Of a DNA stretch of 64,000 bases, positions 60,234 through 64,000 are shown in pieces. Origin of the DNA: Tagaea sp. (GTDB taxonomy: Bacteria; Pseudomonadota; Alphaproteobacteria; CACIAM-22H2); NCBI GenBank assembly GCA_965279525.1, contig CBDIIB010000004.1, positions 960,001-1,024,000 on the forward strand, in the 5' to 3' direction. The stretch's first letter is position 1. Each line of letters opens with the position of its first letter. The notes under the pieces were generated by a model. It was not told the origin of the DNA and made no database searches. It saw only the letters and a program-made list of their open reading frames with translations. The position numbers and the translations under genes were made by a program.

Positions 60234-61319
60234 TCACTCGGCGCAGCCTTCGAAGCCCGCCTTGAGCTTGGCCGGATCGAGATGGCGGCCGATGAAGACG
60301 AGCTTGGACACGCGCCTGTCGCTCTCGCCCCACTTCTGGCCCCACGTCGAGTCCGCGATCATGTGCACGGCCTGGAACACGTAGCGCTGGACCGCACCCT
60401 TGACCGAGAGGATGCCCTTCGAGCGCAGGATGTTCTGGCCCTGCAGGCGCAGCGTCTCGGTGATCCAGGTCTGGAACTTGTCGGGGTCGATGTCGCCCGC
60501 GACCGTCACCGACACCGAGGAGATGTCGTCGGCGTGCTTGGGGTTGGGCGCGTCATGGTGGTGATGGTCATGATCGTGATGATGGTGGTCGTGGCTGTGG
60601 TCGTGCGTGGGATCGGTGCAGGTCGCGTGATCGTGGTCGTGGTCATGATCGTGATGATGGTGGTCGTGCCCATGCGCGCCTTCGAGGAAACTCGGATCGA
60701 GCGTCAGGATGCGCTTCAGGTCGAACGCCCCCTTGTCGAGCACCTTGGTGATGTCGATCTCGCTCTTCGCCGTGCGGTGGATGGTGGCATAGGGATTGAT
60801 CTGGCGGATGCGCGCCTCGACCCTGGCAAGCTCGGCCGGCGTCACCAGATCGGTCTTGTTGAGCAGGATCACGTCGGCGAAGGCGACCTGGTCTTCCGCC
60901 TCGCGGCTGTCTTCCAGGCGCAGCGGGAAGTGCTTGGCATCCACCAGCGTGACGACCGCGTCGAGCCGCGTCTTGGCCTTGACTTCGTCGTCGGTGAAGA
61001 AGGTCTGTGCGACCGGTGCGGGATCGGCGAGGCCCGTCGTCTCGACGATGATGCCGTCGAGCTTGCCCGCCCGCTTCATCAGCCCGCCGATCGTGCGGAT
61101 CAGGTCGCCGCGCACGGTGCAGCAGATGCACCCGTTGTTCATCTCGAAGATCTCTTCGTCGGTGCCCACGACGAGCTCGTTGTCGATCCCCACCTCGCCG
61201 AACTCGTTGATGATCACGGCGTACTTGCGGCCGTGGTTCTCGCTGAGGATGCGGTTGAGCAACGTGGTCTTGCCGGCACCGAGATAGCCGGTGAGGACGG
61301 TAACGGGGATCTGCGACAT
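60234..61319 (-). CDS. CobW/COG0523 (G3E) metallochaperone GTPase with His-rich insert
   Basis: GYLGAGKTT, NEFGE, GCICCT, ETTGLADP, NKTD, poly-His/Asp tract. Confidence 0.93.
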   Translation of the reverse strand: MSQIPVTVLTGYLGAGKTTLLNRILSENHGRKYAVIINEFGEVGIDNELVVGTDEEIFEMNNGCICCTVRGDLIRTIGGLMKRAGKLDGIIVETTGLADPAPVAQTFFTDDEVKAKTRLDAVVTLVDAKHFPLRLEDSREAEDQVAFADVILLNKTDLVTPAELARVEARIRQINPYATIHRTAKSEIDITKVLDKGAFDLKRILTLDPSFLEGAHGHDHHHHDHDHDHDHATCTDPTHDHSHDHHHHDHDHHHHDAPNPKHADDISSVSVTVAGDIDPDKFQTWITETLRLQGQNILRSKGILSVKGAVQRYVFQAVHMIADSTWGQKWGESDRRVSKLVFIGRHLDPAKLKAGFEGCAE

Positions 61320-61423
61320 GAACGGCTCCAGGACGTGGTGTGCCCTTCATTTAGCGAAGCCGGCCCCCCGTTGCCACCCCTTCCCGCTGGACGGCGCCGC
61401 TCAGCCCCACTACCAGAAGGGTC

Positions 61424-61825
61424 ATGGAACCCGTCCTGCCCCGCCCTGCCGCCATCGCCGTCGTGCGCCACGAGGACCGCTTCCTGCTCGTGCGCCGCGC
61501 CAATCCGCCCGACCCCGGCCGCTGGGGCTTCCCGGGCGGAAAAGTCGAGCCGGGCGAGACGGTTGCGGGTGCCGCGGTGCGCGAGCTATTCGAGGAAACG
61601 GGCGTGCGCGCCGAGGCGATCCGGGCCTTCGACTGCGTCGACGTGATCCGCCCCGGCTTCCATTTCGTGCTTGTGGCGGTGGCCTGCCGCTATGTGTCGG
61701 GGACAGCCGTCGCCGGCGACGATGCCCACGAGGCGGCGTGGTTCACGCTGGCCGAAATCGCGGCCGGAAAGGCCCCTTTTCTCGACCAGGTCGAGCGGAT
61801 TGCGCGCGCGTCCCTTCAGGCGTAG
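61424..61825 (+). CDS. NUDIX hydrolase
   Basis: GGKVEPGET...[10 protein letters not shown] Nudix box. Confidence 0.92.
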   Translation: MEPVLPRPAAIAVVRHEDRFLLVRRANPPDPGRWGFPGGKVEPGETVAGAAVRELFEETGVRAEAIRAFDCVDVIRPGFHFVLVAVACRYVSGTAVAGDDAHEAAWFTLAEIAAGKAPFLDQVERIARASLQA

Positions 61826-61834
61826 AATAATCCA

Positions 61835-62158
61835 ATGGAAATCGGCCTCTACACGCAGACTTTCGGTGTCGGGCGCAATCCGTATCTGCAGGCGCAGATC
61901 GCGACATCGCAGGCGACGCAGAACGCCCAGACCCAGACGGCACTGGCAAGTGCCGTCGCGGCCCAGCGTGCGGCACCCGTCCAGGCAACGCAGACCCTTC
62001 AGGCGCCGCAGGCCACGAGCCGCACGGAAGCCTCGCGCGACGCGCGCGCCAATACCGATACCGCCGCCGCCAACGACACGACCGCCAACGCGCTCGAGGC
62101 CGAGACCGGCCGTCAGGCCGTCCAGCCGCGCGGCAGCAGGGTCGACGTCTTCGTCTGA
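61835..62158 (+). CDS. Hypothetical Q/A/T-rich protein with C-terminal RGSxxD motif
   Basis: Fills the gap between NUDIX and MCP; low-complexity body ending PRGSRVDVFV. Confidence 0.6.
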   Translation: MEIGLYTQTFGVGRNPYLQAQIATSQATQNAQTQTALASAVAAQRAAPVQATQTLQAPQATSRTEASRDARANTDTAAANDTTANALEAETGRQAVQPRGSRVDVFV

Positions 62159-62167
62159 CCGCTGCAG

Positions 62168-63886
62168 CTAGCTCGCGCGCATCCGCGAGACGAACTCTTC
62201 CACTTCCGACTTGAGCCGGTCCGACTGCGCGGAGACCGACTGCGCCGCTTCGCCCAGCGGGCCGACGGCCATGCCGGTCTTTTCGGCGGCATCGGTGACA
62301 TGCCGGATCGTCTCGGCCATCGACCGCGTGCCGCGCGCCGCACTCTGCACGTTCGTGGCGATCTCGGCGGTCGCACCGCCCTGCTGCTCGACGGCACCGG
62401 CGATCTCGGTTGCGGTCCCGTGGATCGAACGGATCGCCTGCCCGATCGACTGGATGTCGCCCACCGCACGCCGGGTCGCGGCCTGGATCTCGCCGACCTG
62501 GCGGGAGATGTCCTCGGTCGCGCGGGCCGTCTGCGTGGCGAGGTTCTTCACCTCCGACGCGACGACGGCAAAGCCCTTGCCCGCATCGCCCGCGCGCGCG
62601 GCCTCGATCGTCGCGTTGAGCGCCAGCAGGTTGGTCTGCCCGGCGATGTCGTTGATGAGCTTGACGACGTCGCCGATCTTGCCGGCCGACGCCGCCAGGG
62701 CCGACACGGTCTCGTTGGTCGAGTCCGCCTGTGCCACCGCGGCACTTGCCGCCGCGGCACTGTCGCTCACGCGCTGTGCGATCGCGCGCGTGGCCTCGGC
62801 GAGCTGGTCTGTGGCGGTGGCGACCGACTGGACGTTGCTCGTCGTCTCGCCCGCCGCGACGGCGACTTCGCCGGCGCGCGTGCGCGTGTCGTCGGCCGTC
62901 TCGCGCAGCGCGCCCACGGCACCCGACAGGTGCCGGCCGGCCTGCGACAGTTCCTCGGCCACGCCGCGGACGGTCCGGTCGAGTTCCTCGGCCATCTGCG
63001 TGCGCAGCGCGCGGCGTTCCTCGGCGCTTCGCTGGTCCGCCGCCGCACGCTCGGCGGCGATACGCGCGTTCTCGGCGATGCGGTCGCGGAAAACCGCGAG
63101 CGCGCCCGCCATCCGTCCGATCTCGTCGTGCCGGCCGCTGCCCGGCACCTCGCACGCCGTGTCGCCCGCGGCGATCCGGTCCATGGCGGCACCCATCGCG
63201 CCAAGCGGACGCAGCGAGCGGCGGACGGTGAGCCACACGAGTACCGCCGCCACGAGCAGCACGCCGCCACCCGTCATCGCGGCGTTGGTCAGGATCTGGC
63301 GCGTCGCGGCGAGGAACTCGGCCTCCGGAATGCCGATGAACAGGATCCCGATCGTCTTGCCGGACGGGTCCTTGATCGGATCATAGGCCGTGAAATAGGG
63401 CTGGTTCAGGATCGTGTTCGGCCCGCGATAGGCGCGGTTCTCGCGCATCACCGCATCGAACGCGAGGCCGGGTGCCAGCTTCGTTCCCACCGCGCGCGTG
63501 CCGTCGGGGCGCTGGATGTTCGTCGCGACGCGCAGGTCGCCCATGAAGATCGTCGCCACGCCGCCGACGGCCGCCTTGACCTTGTCGACGGTCTCGTTGT
63601 CGCCGTTGAGCACCTTTTCGCCGGCAAGCAGCGTTTCGCCCGAGAGGCGATACTCGGTGCCGCGCATGCGCAGCATCTCCCAGGCGACGCGCATGTTCGC
63701 GTCGAGCCGGGCCATGCCCTGGCGATGCAGCTCGGCATCGGCATCGCGCACGGTCACGTAGAGCGAGGCGCCGAGTGCGAGCGAGGCGAAGGCGATCGCG
63801 GCGATCGTCAGCCTGCCGCCGATCGAGATGCGCGAATAGAGTGCGGCGGGCAGCCGCAGCAGCGCACGCAGGGGGTTCTTGGCCAT
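62168..63886 (-). CDS. Methyl-accepting chemotaxis protein (Cache, HAMP, MCP signal)
   Basis: Two TMs, Cache [44 protein letters not shown]. Confidence 0.95.
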   Translation of the reverse strand: MAKNPLRALLRLPAALYSRISIGGRLTIAAIAFASLALGASLYVTVRDADAELHRQGMARLDANMRVAWEMLRMRGTEYRLSGETLLAGEKVLNGDNETVDKVKAAVGGVATIFMGDLRVATNIQRPDGTRAVGTKLAPGLAFDAVMRENRAYRGPNTILNQPYFTAYDPIKDPSGKTIGILFIGIPEAEFLAATRQILTNAAMTGGGVLLVAAVLVWLTVRRSLRPLGAMGAAMDRIAAGDTACEVPGSGRHDEIGRMAGALAVFRDRIAENARIAAERAAADQRSAEERRALRTQMAEELDRTVRGVAEELSQAGRHLSGAVGALRETADDTRTRAGEVAVAAGETTSNVQSVATATDQLAEATRAIAQRVSDSAAAASAAVAQADSTNETVSALAASAGKIGDVVKLINDIAGQTNLLALNATIEAARAGDAGKGFAVVASEVKNLATQTARATEDISRQVGEIQAATRRAVGDIQSIGQAIRSIHGTATEIAGAVEQQGGATAEIATNVQSAARGTRSMAETIRHVTDAAEKTGMAVGPLGEAAQSVSAQSDRLKSEVEEFVSRMRAS

Positions 63887-64000
63887 CGGGGAATTTCTCC
63901 GGGGGGAAAGCCTGTTTCCGGATTCATACCCGGATGAGCTTAACCAACCGTAACCGACATCGAAAATTCGGCTAAAATCCGCGCCAGTCAGCCGCCGAGC

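Noticed and set aside
60555-60675. Nucleotide repeats in CobW
   Set aside because: Explained by His/Asp codon runs
63940-63954. Full CtrA box upstream of MCP
   Set aside because: Only a TTAACC half-site; second half does not fit TTAA-N7-TTAA

Overview
GC-rich alphaproteobacterial chromosomal segment (gene order suggests a Rhodospirillales-like organism; inference) with two halves separated by a tRNA-Met(CAT) at 36053-36127. Left half (1-~36 kb) is a dense accessory catabolic region: Mo-hydroxylase large subunit (partial), non-canonical DapA-family aldolase, 3-hydroxyanthranilate 3,4-dioxygenase, esterase, NitT/TauT ABC system, katG with an OxyR-like operator, an enolase-superfamily/GntR/CUT1-ABC/GMC operon, three PhyH-type Fe(II)/2OG dioxygenases, TctABC, LysR, two cupins, four SDRs (one apparently catalytically dead), a TIM-barrel isomerase/dehydratase, PcaD-like hydrolase, luciferase-like monooxygenase plus flavin reductase, CocE/NonD hydrolase and Gfo/Idh/MocA. 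It may be an island at the tRNA 3' end encoding an uncharacterised N-heteroaromatic pathway; no integrase is in the window. Right half is core genome: cysE-iscR-desulfurase-iscSUA-hscBA-fdx-iscX-tenA-mnmA with IscR sites, tyrS, AsmA/YhdP-like, glnE, bcp with a Lys-rich repeat tail, prfB with its +1 frameshift, SAF oxidoreductase, CobW+WD40, NUDIX and a Cache MCP. A 400-bp non-coding element downstream of prfB (promoter, boxA-like motif, five hairpins, helically phased GTCAAC repeats) is unexplained. No CRISPR array, rRNA or transposase was seen. All assignments are from motif recognition by eye, without database searches.
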